Shown here piece by piece: positions 1 through 13,463 of a stretch of 64,000 nt of DNA. Made by a program: the position numbers and the translations under genes. The stretch lies in assembly GCA_973895155.1 (NCBI GenBank), contig OZ316898.1:13171659-13235658 (forward strand), in the 5' to 3' direction. The stretch comes from Marsupella aquatica (Eukaryota; Plantae; Marchantiophyta). The number at the start of each line of letters is the position of its first letter. The stretch's first letter is position 1. The notes below the pieces were generated by a model, which saw only the letters and a list, made by a program, of their open reading frames with translations, ran no database searches and was not told where the DNA came from.

Positions 1-459
1 TTAGTGCATAAACTTGTTCAATAGAGGTCGGAAAAGACTGGCTGCGTATATGTGATTTCTAGCACTGAGGTTTAATCTGACTTATCTCATGCAGTTAGTC
101 TCTAGTAGACATACCTGACTGTCTTTTCCTATGCATCCATTTCGGTGATCATTGAGAAGCTCTTACCAGCAATTCTTTAATTTATTGAAGTCCTTCTCCA
201 TGCATGAAATATCAATTTTGTTGCTATTACTTCTTCAAACTAATTCTGGGTAGCCACGTTTGATATGCACCAATTACTTGCCCTGTCTGATTCGCTCTAA
301 TTGCCAGCCCAGTGTGATAGATCACACGCACCAACGTGGGCACAAATAATCTATGATCGAGAACCTTAGAAACTCTACCCAAGAACTGACTTCTTTCGCC
401 AATGTAGCGGTCATTGTAGGATCTATCAAATATTCTGGACTTCTATCCCACGGTCTTCT

Positions 460-2781
460 TCAAACGTCAATCGTGATGAATTTGAATTTGATCCTGGTCT
501 CAACCGGGTCTTCCTTTCGGTACATAGGCACGAGAGTGATGACGACCTTTGAAGGGCCTGCTGGAGCTTCAATATCATCCAGTGTTTTGGAAATACTTTG
601 CTTCCAGTCCAAATCCGGCTTCCCTTCAGTAGCGGACCGGCTCTGGACCAAGTTGGTGAATCGCCCAGAGAATTCTGCGCATTTGGTTCGCACTGAATAC
701 TCGGCAGGGTTCACCCAATCCACAAACACGTCAAACCCTGTGTTCCAAGATCTGTCAAGTTTGATTCCGTCAATGGTGAGGAACTCTTCAAGGTCCTGTG
801 GATTGTCTGGTCTGTCTACTACTATTGTGAATGTCTTACCGCCTTCCAGATGGTAGTATCCTCCCGAGTCTTTGCTTGGCACTGGCAAGCTTTCGGCTTG
901 GGCAATAAGTTCGTAGTAGCTCACGTTATTGCACTTGGTAGTGTTGAAGAAAACCCATGGTGCATCATTAGCGCCTTGATAAACATATCCCAACTTTTTC
1001 GAGTCTAACGAGTCTGCTACCGTCACTCTTCTCAGATCCTTGTTTTCATCGTAGAACAGAAACTCAGCATTCAGAAAGTCAGGGTCCGAGTAGTCCTCAT
1101 GAGTCTGACCTAATACTGGCCCGATATCTTTCCATACCTGTTTTAAGCCAACCATGGACAGATATTAGATTTTAGGTGATGAAACTTCAACTTAATTCTG
1201 CAAGATTTGAAAAGTAGTTCACCAAAGAAATTAATCACATCAAGTATTCGATAATTAACTATCTCGAGCTGACTTATGTACCTGCCACATACGATCGATG
1301 TTGGAGTGATGAGAGTAGAAGGAAGGGTCACGGGCTGCGCGTGAAAGCTCGCCCATGTCGTTGCCTGGCGGGTCTGTTCCGATCCAGGAATGAACACCAG
1401 AGTGAGCACCAAGTTCTAGCGTTCCAGCACCTCCATTTGGGCCTCCGGTGCCTGTGAATTCAAAACCAATCAATACTTAGCCGACATCGTTAAGACTGCA
1501 AGCGCTCAAGACATGATTCGAAAAAGCTCTTCAGGAAGGAGTTAAATTGCTTGTCACGCTAGCTACGGAAAGTAGAGTTGGTCGTCGATCCAATTTGACT
1601 TTCAAAAGTCTTGTTTTCTTTATGGCTAACTTAAAGCAGTCACATTGGTGTATATACACACCTGACACGTTCCCTGCGTGATAAGGCCGACCCATGAAGG
1701 TTTCTTTCGTTGTTCCGCCGCTCACAAACGCTTGGTACAGTATGTTTAGATTACTTTCAATAATGTCTTCTGCAGATGCGTTGAAGAGGACCTGTGTTAT
1801 TGCAGGTTGGAGAGGCACGTAACTGACATCGGGGAAGTGCAGACGGCCATATCCCTTCGCACTCGCAGATCGATTGACATCGTATAAGGCGGAGGAAGTT
1901 TCGGCATAGAAGCCTGGGAAGTCATGTCCCTGTTTCAGGCAAGCTCCATGCTTGGAAGAGCCATCTCCAACACTATAGGGAGCATCCCAGTTCCAGTAAT
2001 TGAGGCTGAAGTCGGGGTCTCCTAGGAGGGACTGCAGGATCCTCTCGTGGAAGTACAAGTACCACCTACATTTATTGGATCGAACATTATTTTATGAGCT
2101 TCTCAGTGATCGAGATCCAATTCAAACTCCCTTGAGAATTGAAAACCTATCAGGAAACATTGTTGTAGCGACTACGTACACGCAAACATCGGTGAAACTG
2201 ACTGACAAATCCTTGAATTGAAACATTACAATTACATTTTGTAGAAGCTTGCTGAACGTTTCAAAGATAGGGTTTGTCTGGAAATGATCACATTGCTGTA
2301 GTCGTGCAGCTTATGATTTGACGTACCTGTGCCATGGAAAGAATAGCCAGCTCCAGTGGATGTCAATTCCCAGGGGAAATCCACTGCTGTTCACGGTCAA
2401 GAATGCACCCCCGCAGTAGGAGCAGTGAAGTTGCCATTGTTGAGCCAAGGAACGAGGGTCATCTTCTGGCAGCGCCCGCATCAACGCATATGCCTTGTCA
2501 AGCTTTGCAGCGTAAGCTGCATCCGTGCATTGCGCAGCCTTTCTAACTCTGATATGTGTCGTCGATACAGGAGGCGGCCCATTGACGATCGGCCTAGTTG
2601 GCATGACGGGACAGCACTGGATGGATTCTGTGGCAGTTAGGTTCCGTGGATCAGTGACGTAGGTTGAAGAACGGCAGTGATCAAAGGTTACCTTGATCGG
2701 GTCGCCGTCCACAGCTGCCGGGAACATGAAAGCCATGGAGATTGTACACCACACCAGTATACACAACAATGGGATCTCCAT
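460..2781 (-). CDS. PPO: Polyphenol oxidase (type-3 copper catechol oxidase/tyrosinase family), 4 exons, ~568 aa, N-terminal signal peptide
   Basis: Exons 2781-2327, 2065-1662, 1451-1282 and 1137-460 join in frame through GT-AG introns (1707 nt). Motifs: CuA HCSYC...HWSWLFFPWHR|WYLYFHE; CuB HSGVH...AARDPSFYSHHSNIDRMW; DWL-like DFLNAEFLFYDEN...LGYVY; KFDV-like GFDVFV. Confidence 0.95.
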
Positions 2782-5700
2782 TGCTCCGCTCCACCGCTGT
2801 GCCAGGGTTTACTGCAGGTCGTGGACCTCTCGGTTTTTGAGTAGCTCGCAACTGCTCTGTAGAGGCGGATGAATCTGCAGTTAAGACAATCGTTGAGCTT
2901 GAAGGAATGCTTTCTCCTCTGAGGAATAGATCTATTCACTGGAGGAAGCCTGACCTTAGCATTCACGGAACGAAGTATTCACGGCTCTTGGCTGGTGTCC
3001 TCTTTGAGATGCAGGCTAGAAAGACACACGACTCAGCCTGAAGAATTTTGCTCTGATTGACCACCAAAATCTTTCAATGAGAAGCGGCTTTTGTCAAAAT
3101 GGCCAAAACGAGGACCCTGTAATTCAATTCCATGAGCATTTTGCGTGTCAATCTATCTATGCTAAGACTAAACACACTGAAAAATCAAGGTGCGCAAGTA
3201 GTCTGTATGCATCCAGTGTAGTGAGCTGCTCAATGAAAGCTGCAATACCATCATAATGTACTTGGTCAAGGCAGAAGGATACGGTTCTCAGCAGAGGTCT
3301 GAGCCTTTAATAGCTCGACAGATTCTAAGCGGTCATTTGAGCCGGGAGATGCTAGCTTCGAAAAGGCGTGCATTACAGAGAGAAGACACGTTCCTTCAAT
3401 AATTGAGGTAACTCAGTGTCCTTCAGGGAATGATTAGAGTCAGCTAGCGTCGACATGTCCGACGTCTCTCCTAAAGGTTTGAGCAGCCACACATAACACA
3501 TTGGACTCTGCTACAATCGCCATTTGAGAGCCAGCTAGCATGTGAGGAAAGGGGCCCTTTGCACTCTCGACACTTTTGGGAAAAGTAGCTCTTCATTGAT
3601 TGATAAACAGTGGCCCTCAATTAGTGCTTCCAAACGGCGTGTAGTAACTATTTTGTTTTTATTGCCCTGCCGAACCAGGAGGCATCCTAAACGAGGGGCT
3701 CTTGGCATGGGGCTGTGGCAGCCTAAACGAAGACTATGATGACATGTTTCACTTTAAGGGCCACAAAAAAAAGGACCAATAACTTGCCAGTTGGGTCTGA
3801 GTTTCAGCACTGCCTACGCAAACGAAGGTCCCGGTAACCATCAAAATATGACGATGTATATTGTGTACACATCACTCCATACCATGCAAATCTTGTGATT
3901 TATTTTGAATCAATGAGTGCACCAGCATATTACCATATTTAGATGTGTGATTACCAGGGCACAAACAGTGTGTCTGCTCAATCATGCTCACCCACTGACA
4001 GGCTTCCCACCATTGATCAGCCACTCTAGTACTTGCACAATTTTTTACAAATGTTTTTTTAATATTTTCACAAATGTTTTTTACATGAAAAAATGTCAAT
4101 GCATGAAAAATCATTGTAGAAAAGGTGTTACACAAAATGATGTTGTTGTGAAGCACATGTTGACGGGCAAAACATGTTATAAGGGAATTGATGTTAGTGT
4201 GCAAAAGATTTTGTGAATGAAACTATGTTGTTGCATAAAAGGGATCATTCCACAAACAGGTTATTGCATTAAGGGTTTCATTGTATAAAAAGATGTTGCA
4301 AATTTTTTTTTGATAGGTGATAGATTTGAGCTAATGAAAGAGCTTCCCATCTACTTCCCTAAAGGAAGGAAAACCCCACCACAAGACATCAACCAGAAAC
4401 AAATGTAGTCTCCTACAAATTTAAAAAACAAACAAACCAAAAGAGTCCTCCTAGAAAACAATTAAAGTGGAAAAGTGTTTACTGTGAAGTGGGGATGGGT
4501 TTCCAAAATTAGGATGGACTGACGTTGAAATACTTGTAAGGCGCACACTTTTTACAGTTTTGATCAATTTGTGACCTGTAAATGAGCTTCTAAAGTTTTG
4601 TTTATAGCTGGTTTCAATTTGTTACCCAGTAGTACTTAGTGGTTGCTCCATTATGCCCAAACCACTCCCGACATCTTTCACAAAAGAGTAACAGGCTCCC
4701 GTTAACAGCTGGTTTCTAATATTGGATTAGTTTTGCAATTTTTCCTATTTTAGTTTTGTATTTTTGCATTTTCTTCTAAGTTTTGCATTTTCGTAATAAT
4801 TTTTGCATTTGCCATAAATGAACCAAGTAATCTCATAAAAATCTCAAAATCTATGAGTTCATATATTCATTTGAGAATATGCTTGCAGAATTGGAGATTA
4901 AACAAAGATCTAAGAGTTATCCCAAACAAATTATACATTTAAGTCTGTCAAATATCAAAAGCTTATAGTAGTTGGTTCCAAGAGATCCAAGAGACCTCTT
5001 GGCTAGGAATGGAGTCACTGATGCATCAAAGCAAAGCAGTCTTTTTTTAAATTGTCAAAGAATGCTTGTCATTTTTGGGTCAATCTTTTCATTCTGTTTT
5101 CTTGACTCTCTATCCAAAACTGTTTGGAGCAGCCACTATTATTCCTTAGATCATTGATTGATTTCAATTGCAAAAAGAGAAACATTATCTTGCTCATATG
5201 CATTATGAAAATAAAGTTGGGTTAATTGGACTGCTATATATGTTGCCTCCAACTATCCACATGGACTTGTGACAGGGGACAGATCATATTACACCTAATC
5301 ATGAGAACCCTGGAGACAACTCCACTACAAATGGATGGTAAATCTCTCATAAATTGTTTACCTCCATTTTTGTCCACTTCAAAATTAAATTGAGAATGGG
5401 AAATGATGCTCCCATGGACCTCAACGTTGGTCTTTTGAAACCCCCATGGACCACCTCTAACAAAATTGAGTTTAATTGTAACTAGTTGATGTTAATAAAT
5501 TCAAATAGTTTTTGGTTTTGAGGATGTGCTAGAGGAGTAGGTAAGCTACACTTCCGTCAAAGAGATAGTGAATTTCTGGGCAAGTTTGGTTAATTCCTTT
5601 ATCATGGAATGCGGAGGGGTAAATTCTACTAGATTAATTTTGATTGTGTTAATATGAAAATATGTTAGGGCTTGTGTTTTTTTCTAAATCTGACTCATTT

Positions 5701-6844
5701 CTCCTTCTTTGGTTGCCTTGCAGGTGAAAAACTAAAAATTATTTAAAAACTCATAATCATCAAGTTATAAACCCAAAATTCTCATGGACCACCAAAATGT
5801 GGTACTCAAGAGCATTGTGTCCAACATGGTGATCCATTTGGGCTTCAATCACTTTCTTGAGAATGTGAATGGAATGGACTAAAGGTGCACATTTAAAATC
5901 TCCTAATTTAATTTTTAATTTTTAATTTAAAAAAAAATTAAGGGGATATATATGAAACCCCCATAAAGGGAGGAGTCAGTCACAATAGTTGAACCCAAGA
6001 CCTATCAATCACTATTCAAGTGAACTACCACAAAGTCATGCCTCCTATAGCTTGCAGTGGCAAACTACGTACTCAAAGTGCTTCTTGTAACAAGAACAAT
6101 GCTCTAGGAAAAACATGATTTCTAGCAGCTCTGCAACAAAAACATACTAAGTCTTTGTAACAAGAGTAACTCTCTTTGAAAAATATGATTCAACAGCAAT
6201 ACTCCCCCTAATAAGATTAGAAAACTTAATCCGTGGACCCCCATGTTATTTTAGAGGCAGTTATCTAGAAAGTGAAGCCTAGATGGACCTCCAAATCTAA
6301 AGAAAAATAAATTAAAAAATGGACAAGTCAATGTTTGACACTTGAAACAGTTGCCAAACTTACCAAGGTTGCATAATTAACATAAATTACAAAATTTGCT
6401 GCAATGTGAACTACTGTTTAATGTGTGGGTAACTTAATTGCCCACTTCAGCAAAACGGTGCTCGACGGTTCCTCCACATTACCGTAGGGATGGCACTGGA
6501 TGCACTCAAGTTGCATCGAGAGTAATCACTTTTCAATTCCTACATGTAGATAGCCGAAGACAGAGAAGTCATTAGTGTCATCAAATCACTAACTTCGCCT
6601 AAATAATTGTTTAAGACAAAAAGTTTCATGCCTGGAAACAAATTTCCAATTGTGGAATTTGGAATCGATTGAAAGCTAGAGAAATTTAGAAACTCATGAC
6701 CACTTTAGTTATTGATAAAATCCCCCAATGTCACACTCAATCGAAAGCTAGAGAATTCGAACATTGGAAACTTATAATCTCTTCAAAACTCAACTAAATC
6801 TATCAATGTTAAGTTCATTAAAAAGCCAAAGAAATTCTAAAAAT

Positions 6845-7008
6845 TGTTATAACCAATGGTTTAGGTTAACATCTAGAGTTTAGGGAAGAGGTAGTTACCA
6901 TAACTACCCACCATATATGTATATACCTCTTGGACCTCTAATGGATATGATTATTCTTGCTGGTGTATTGGTGTGTCGGTCCATCATAAGGTTACCTACC
7001 TTGTAACA
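6845..7008 (+). repeat. 5' LTR of Bianca-like element
   Basis: TGTTATAACC...TTGTAACA, direct repeat of 12074-12239. Confidence 0.9.
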
Positions 7009-9349
7009 CGTTATCAACACGTACTACTACCAAATCGAGAAGGAAAGACTATGGAGAATTGATAAGGATCAAAGGAGATGGAAATTGAAATAATAATAAT
7101 AAATGAATCGAAGTAGATATGTAGAATACCAATGAGGAACTCTATACCAAGATGCAATAGATATTTTTTTTACAAAAGTGATTCAGCAATCAATCAAGGA
7201 AAGAACTGAAACTGAAGCGAACTGAAAGGAACCCGGTTCGGGGATAGAATTGACCAGGACTATAAGATTTATTCAAATTGAAGGTTCAGATTGAAAGATG
7301 TGGTATAGACGGAAGAACTAAAAGTGTCTATTTTCACTTAAAGACCAAGGTATCGGTCCCTTTAAGAACAGAATTGGATCGAATTGAATATTTTTATCCT
7401 TTTGAGAATTTTAGAGCCCCTTGCTCTCTATTTCTCTTACTTATTCTTAGCAGAAATAAACAAATCTATCAAAACACCAATACAAACAATTCTGAGTTAT
7501 AGATGGAGATAAACTTAGATTGAGATGATTTAATTATTATTTAATACTGCCACTCCTTCAGAAAGGATTATGGTCTTATTATATATAAAATGGTAATTTC
7601 CAACCACTCTCCAATCATCATTTCTTCAACCTATAATAACATTTGTCAGATGTAAGACTTCTGCTCACCAAGTCCAAAGTAACTTTTTGGTTATAAATGC
7701 AGAGATAAGCCTTAAGATGTCATCAACATGATTCGATTAAGTGTGATACACAACTTAAGTCAAATTCTAAGGTTTATTGCAGTGCATGGTAACGATACTA
7801 ATTTCCGTGAAAATGGAATTTTGCTTCTCACAATTACAACATTCATCCTCGAGTTGGCTAGCGAATCTCGTCACAACGAGTAAGCCTAGCAGTGAACTCG
7901 ATGTGAATCTCAGAAATTAATCATTAAACTCAATCACTACAAAAGAGTTTTGAATTTAATCACACTTCAAAATCAAAGTTTTACTTCCATACAAGACCTT
8001 GACTCTCAATGACTTGTTACAATGGAAGGAGGAACAATTAATCAGCAATCTCCATTACTGAATAATGGTTTGGACCCCTCATCAAGAAGTGACACTAAAA
8101 GACTTTATAGGTTTAGGGTCCTAACATAATGGTGGTAGGGAAGGTTATACCCTTTCGAGTCTAACTAAGCTTGATAAAATATAACTCTAATAGTAGGGTC
8201 CTACAAAAGCTAAGTTTGGGGGCGGAAATGACTAAGTGTCATTAGACTTTTCTGACAAAAAATAATATTTGACTATCTTTGCCTATTTTTAATTCCTAAT
8301 CCATAACACCCAAAATGCTGGTTTTCACACAATGGTAGGTGCTACCTTCAGTCTGCAAGCAGGCAAAATCTCAAACGTTTCTGAGTGGTTTAAGTACTTC
8401 AAAACAATCGGGCAAAAGTGCTATTGGATGAAAATACAGTCTAATCCTAAAATTTTCCAAGTGTCGGGAAGAAAAAGGTGGACGCTTTGCAAAGCGTCAG
8501 TGTCTTCTCTTTCTTGGGGCCGCGGACGCTTTCAAAAGTGTCAAGGTTTTCATCATCGTCAGTGGTGGACGCTTCATGAGGCGTCCTCTAACTGTTGGAC
8601 GCTTTCAAAAGCGTCGGCAGAAAGTAATAGATTAAGTTTTGGTACCTTATAAAATTCATAACTCCTTAACGGCTGGTCCGATGAAGCTCAAACTTTTCCA
8701 AGATGATCTCCTATATCTATTCCATTTACTACCAAGATTTCAGACATTTTTGATATCCTTATCAATTAAAATAAAATAGGAGAAGATTCAACTTCTTCAT
8801 CTGCATTCAACACTTGGAATCGGTGCAGAAACTAGTTTTCTTCACAAAGAAGTTGCAAAAATCCAAGAATAAGCTTGAGTTGAGGAAATTAAAAAAAATG
8901 TCCATCCACATAGCCCTCCACTCAAATTTCGCCGTGTCCTCACAAGAACTTGAAATATCTGAAGTCTTCTGAGCTTTTCTGATTCATGCTTAATTTCTTC
9001 AGTCACTCAAAATAATCCAGAACAATGCCAACTCAGTCGATATCCTTCTTCAAAAATACAGTCATGTCTGTTGAAGATCAAAAGGTTCCTCTGATAGAAT
9101 CAAATAGCAGTACATGGAGGCCAAGCTTCAACTAAAGGGAGCAAGACTAATTCTTTAATCTCTTGTCTTCCTTTAGTATGAGCTGAGACCATAAGCTGAT
9201 TTCTCTGAAGCTGTGCTCGCAATCTGACAAGCTCATTTTCATACTTGAAAGGAATGGCATAACCATCATGGGCTACCTATACATAGTGACGAGTTGGCCA
9301 TGGTCTATCTGGAAATAGAGGTGGGAGAGGACAAGAAGCTCTGCGAACT

Positions 9350-9551
9350 CCCTGGGCCCTCAGTGTTAACTGATATGGGAGGACGTGTGAACGCTCAAAG
9401 GGTGAATTTTATTCATTTGAAACTAATAATTATAATTATTACCGGTAACAAGGGGACTTTTTATAGAAAAATGAAAATAACAAGGGGTAAGAGGGAAGGG
9501 GTCCCGATTGCAGGGGGGTTCACTTCTTTTACTTGGAGTGAGGGTCCAGGG
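9350..9551. mobile_element. 202-bp MITE, copy 1
   Basis: TIR CCCTGGGCCCTCA / TGAGGGTCCAGGG; 8-bp TSD TGCGAACT; homologous to 12696-12897. Confidence 0.9.
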
Positions 9552-12073
9552 TGCGAACTGCATAAACCCAGCACCATATCTCATAGTCCAAGAATTTGTG
9601 CCATCTGTCCTTATCTATATAAACAAGGATAAGTGCAATATCTTTTTAAGTGCAATTCTTAACAAAGTGCACCTCATATACAAAGGATAATTTGCACTTA
9701 TAGAAAAACAAAGGGAAAACAAAACTTAAGTGCACCATTGCCATTTTTGCACAAACCTACACTACATGTCATTCTTGACTCTGAAACTCACATACATGTT
9801 GCATAGGTAATTTTCTCCGACAGAGCTTTAGTGTTAACAAAAAAGACTTAAAATTGCAAAAGGTCAACTTAATATTTCATACACATCTTACACTTAAGAC
9901 TTTAAGGCTAGAATATTTTTTTCAATCAAGCTCAACTTAACTTTTGCAAGCATGAATGGTTACTACAACATTCTACACCAAGTAATACTTACAAAATGGT
10001 TTTTACACCATTTTACACCTAATCACACCATTTACACTATGGTTTATATCTCATCATGAGGTTAATTCATGTTCAAATCCATGTTAACCATGTTAAACCA
10101 GATTACATATTTCACACTAGATTCCACCATAGGGGGAGTCAAGAAAATTGTATATACAAACATCCTAATGATACCTCATGATGAAGCTTCAAAGTAAGAA
10201 CACCATTGAAATATTACTTTGCTATCTCACTTATACCAATTTACATGGGTTTACACCCATTTAAAAGGACCTTACACCCTAATTAAGGGCTTTTATACTT
10301 ATGGTTTTCACACTATATTCACATCAGGGTTGTATACCCATTCCCAAGGAAAAGAGAATCTTTCTAAGACCAATTTTTTTTCTTGGAGTGAACTTTTTCT
10401 TAAGATCAAAGAGGACTAAAATAAGGGACTTCAGATGACTAACAACAGTAAAGGTAAAGATGACTTGACTATTAGCAAAGCCCCTACTCTCATCTATACA
10501 TGAGTTAATGAGGGATTAATATGGGCAAAGCCCCCAACCTAACCCCCACATTCTCTTGATCCTTTGGGAATTACTATTACACACAGACCTTATAAATTAA
10601 CTTGAATTGATTTGAGCCATATCTGATGGCAACTAAGACAATTGTACCACTGGAAAATAGTGGGTGGAATGAAGTAGACAAACTCAGATTGATTTCAACA
10701 AAATTACATTCGATGCATTGAGAGAAGGGACCAGACGGGAAGTACTTTTCAAAACAAAGCTTGAGAAGGCCAACACAGGAGACCAAAGAAACCAAAGGGG
10801 AGTTCCTCCCCAACTACTGCATGCTAATACACAGGAATTTCCTTTCATAAAGAACGGTATTAACTAGAAAAGGAAAAGAAGTATTTCTCCATAAAAGAAA
10901 TCACACTATTTCTTATGTCCAAAAAGCTTATAAATGTCTACCTTGCCCACCATGACATTTCATACAATGCCAAAATTGATTTAAGGAACAAACATATCAT
11001 GAAAAGGGAAGGAAAGACATAACGAAAAACACTTATTGGAAATTTCTCCACGCAAGAATTGCCCAATTAATTTCATAAATTCAGGGGGAGATATTTTCCC
11101 CAGGGTGCCTATTGCACATTAAAAGCTTTGTGCCTAATGCACGTGGAAGCAAATGGGTGCCTACTGCACACTCAGGCAGAAAGAAAAGATATTTGATAAC
11201 TTGAGGGGGAGACCTCATGAAAGGCTTGGCCCCAAGCAATAGAACCCATGGGATGTGCCTATTGCACAAATGCCTTTTTCACACCAATCAATATTTAAAA
11301 TGGAACTATGTTCTATGAGTTGGAACCATATGGCCAATTCTGAAAAATAAAGAATCTTTATACACGATTGGACAGGATGTTCACACATTCACTCACTAAT
11401 ATTGGATGACATATCATGACTACTAAATTTGAAAATAAAACAGACCTTATCATGATATGGTATCATATGATCATATGAGGTACGGTATCAAGTTATAAGG
11501 TACCATCGAGGGTACCATAAGGTGAGATATGGCATGATAAGGCACCATGAAAGATGGTGTGCCATATCTTAATAGAGTATCTCTATGATATGGATATGGT
11601 ATATATTATGGTGTGACCAGGTTATGCCAACACCCAATCTAGGATTGGACACTCCAAACAACTCCAAGGCCAAGGATTTCAACCCACCATATCATCTTCA
11701 TCCTGAACTAATACATTGTTTTTTCCTTGCATGTAATCTATGAACATCAAGGAGTCTCCATTACCAGCATGGAACGAGACGCATGATGTAGTCAACATTG
11801 CAAAGACCAACCAAGGAGGATCTTCCACAAGACCATAGTATTGACATAGACATTAAGAGACTTTGTATAAATCGCATACACACATTGTTTTTTAACTACT
11901 TAGTATAAAATGGTTCCATAACATATGGTGGTGGCACTCTTTCCCTCAAAAAGAGGTAGGAGGGTTTTAATGAGACCACACCAATGGCTACCATAGTAAA
12001 TACTTAATCCATTAAAGTTAGATGTCAACCCTAGTGTGGTTGCCTTATATCCTATAAAACAACCAAGGGGGAG

Positions 12074-12239
12074 TGTTATAACCAATGGTTTAGGTTAACA
12101 TCTAGAGTTTAGGGAAAAGGTAGTTACCATAACTACCCACCATATGTATATACCTCTTGGACCTCTAATGGACAATCATGATTATTCTTGCTGGTGTATT
12201 GGTGTGTCGTTCCATCACAAGGTTACCTACCTTGTAACA
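12074..12239 (+). repeat. 3' LTR of Bianca-like element
   Basis: Follows the PPT; direct repeat of 6845-7008. Confidence 0.9.
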
Positions 12240-12695
12240 AAAATCATATTAATCTCCTTAGTACTCATAAAATCTGTCAATTATAGGTTTATTCTAAAGG
12301 GGTCAACATTTCAGGGGTTGTACAACAAAGATTTCTATTCAATTAGAGATTACAAAATCATGGGTAAATTTTATTTTTCAAATAACTTAGTACTCAATTT
12401 TTATCTGTTAGGTATTGCTCTTAGTCTTGTGACTCTTGAACTAACCATACTTAGGCTACCTCAGGTTAGGACTTAGCTAAGGTTAACGGTAGTGCTATTG
12501 TGCATATAGCCAGGACTGGTGCCAGTCCTTGGTAGAATTTCAGTTCATTATTAGAGCTTAAACCCCCCTTTTAAGGGCCAATTTTAAAACTTTCCTCCAG
12601 GCTCTTTTGATTGGCTCTCCCCGGGCCAGGTGACCCGACACTTTAATCGATTGGACAGGGGGAACGGCCCCCTATGAGACCTGATGTACTGTGCG

Positions 12696-12897
12696 CCCTG
12701 GGCCCTCAGTCTTAACTAATATGTGGAGAACGTGTGAACGCTTGAAGGGTAGTTTTTATTCATTTTGAACTAATAATTATAATTATTACCGGTAATAAGG
12801 AAACTTTTAATAGTAAAATGGAAATAACAAGGGGTAAACAGAAAAAGGGCCCGATCGTAGGGGGTCTACTTCTTTTACACGGAGTGAGGGCCCAGGG
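12696..12897. mobile_element. 202-bp MITE, copy 2
   Basis: Perfect 13-bp TIR CCCTGGGCCCTCA / TGAGGGCCCAGGG; 8-bp TSD ACTGTGCG. Confidence 0.9.
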
Positions 12898-13463
12898 ACT
12901 GTGCGGGAATATTCCCAAAAAATAAGCTATTTTTTGGCCGTTAGTTAGAGATTCCAAGGTCCGAACGGTAATTTTTTCCGGTTGTTTTTGGAAAGGTGGT
13001 AGCTATTCAAGTTAGCTACAGGGTGCACCACTCCATTCGCAATTCCAACATCAATTGCCCATTCACATTTCAGAGGTGGTCAAAACGGGGGAGTTTTCCA
13101 TGGTTTTACCCACCCTGACCAAAATCTGAATAATTTTTTTGTCAAAATTTGTTTTCAATTTTTATTTTCAGTTTTGGACTCCTAGCTACATGGGCTACGT
13201 GGCAGTGTTGAGTTCTGAGTTTTATAAGAAGTTTAAAAAAAGACATTTTTTTGTGATTTTCTCATATGAGTGACTCGGAGGATACTGGAATCTGAATTGA
13301 TGTCGGTGGAGCTTCAGGTTCATGACGGTCAGATGAAGAGTCTGAGGAGGAGCTAGTCCCGTTTGAGGAGGAACAAGTATCACCGGTACGGTCACCGGTG
13401 CGGCATGCAGTGGAGGAAGTTGTTCTACTACCAGAGCTGTCGGTAGTTGGGAAGAAGAGAGAG

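Larger units (their letters stand above)
6845..12239 (+). mobile_element. Decayed Ty1/Copia LTR retrotransposon (Bianca-like) with short LTRs
   Basis: Near-identical TG..CA LTRs at 6845-7008 and 12074-12239; TSD AAAAT on both sides; PBS-like CGTTATCAACACG after the 5' LTR; PPT CAAGGGGGAG before the 3' LTR. No intact internal ORF. Confidence 0.85.

Noticed and set aside
353-856. Plus-strand 167-aa ORF and other antisense ORFs over PPO, transposases and element D
   Set aside because: Shadow frames of real genes on the opposite strand, with no recognisable motifs.
6085-6210. Minus-strand PPT (CTCCCCCT) with a possible short LTR
   Set aside because: No partner LTR or TSD could be identified.
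7135-7160. Minus-strand PBS-like CTCTATACCA suggesting a nested LTR element
   Set aside because: Imperfect match; the second boundary and TSD were not found.
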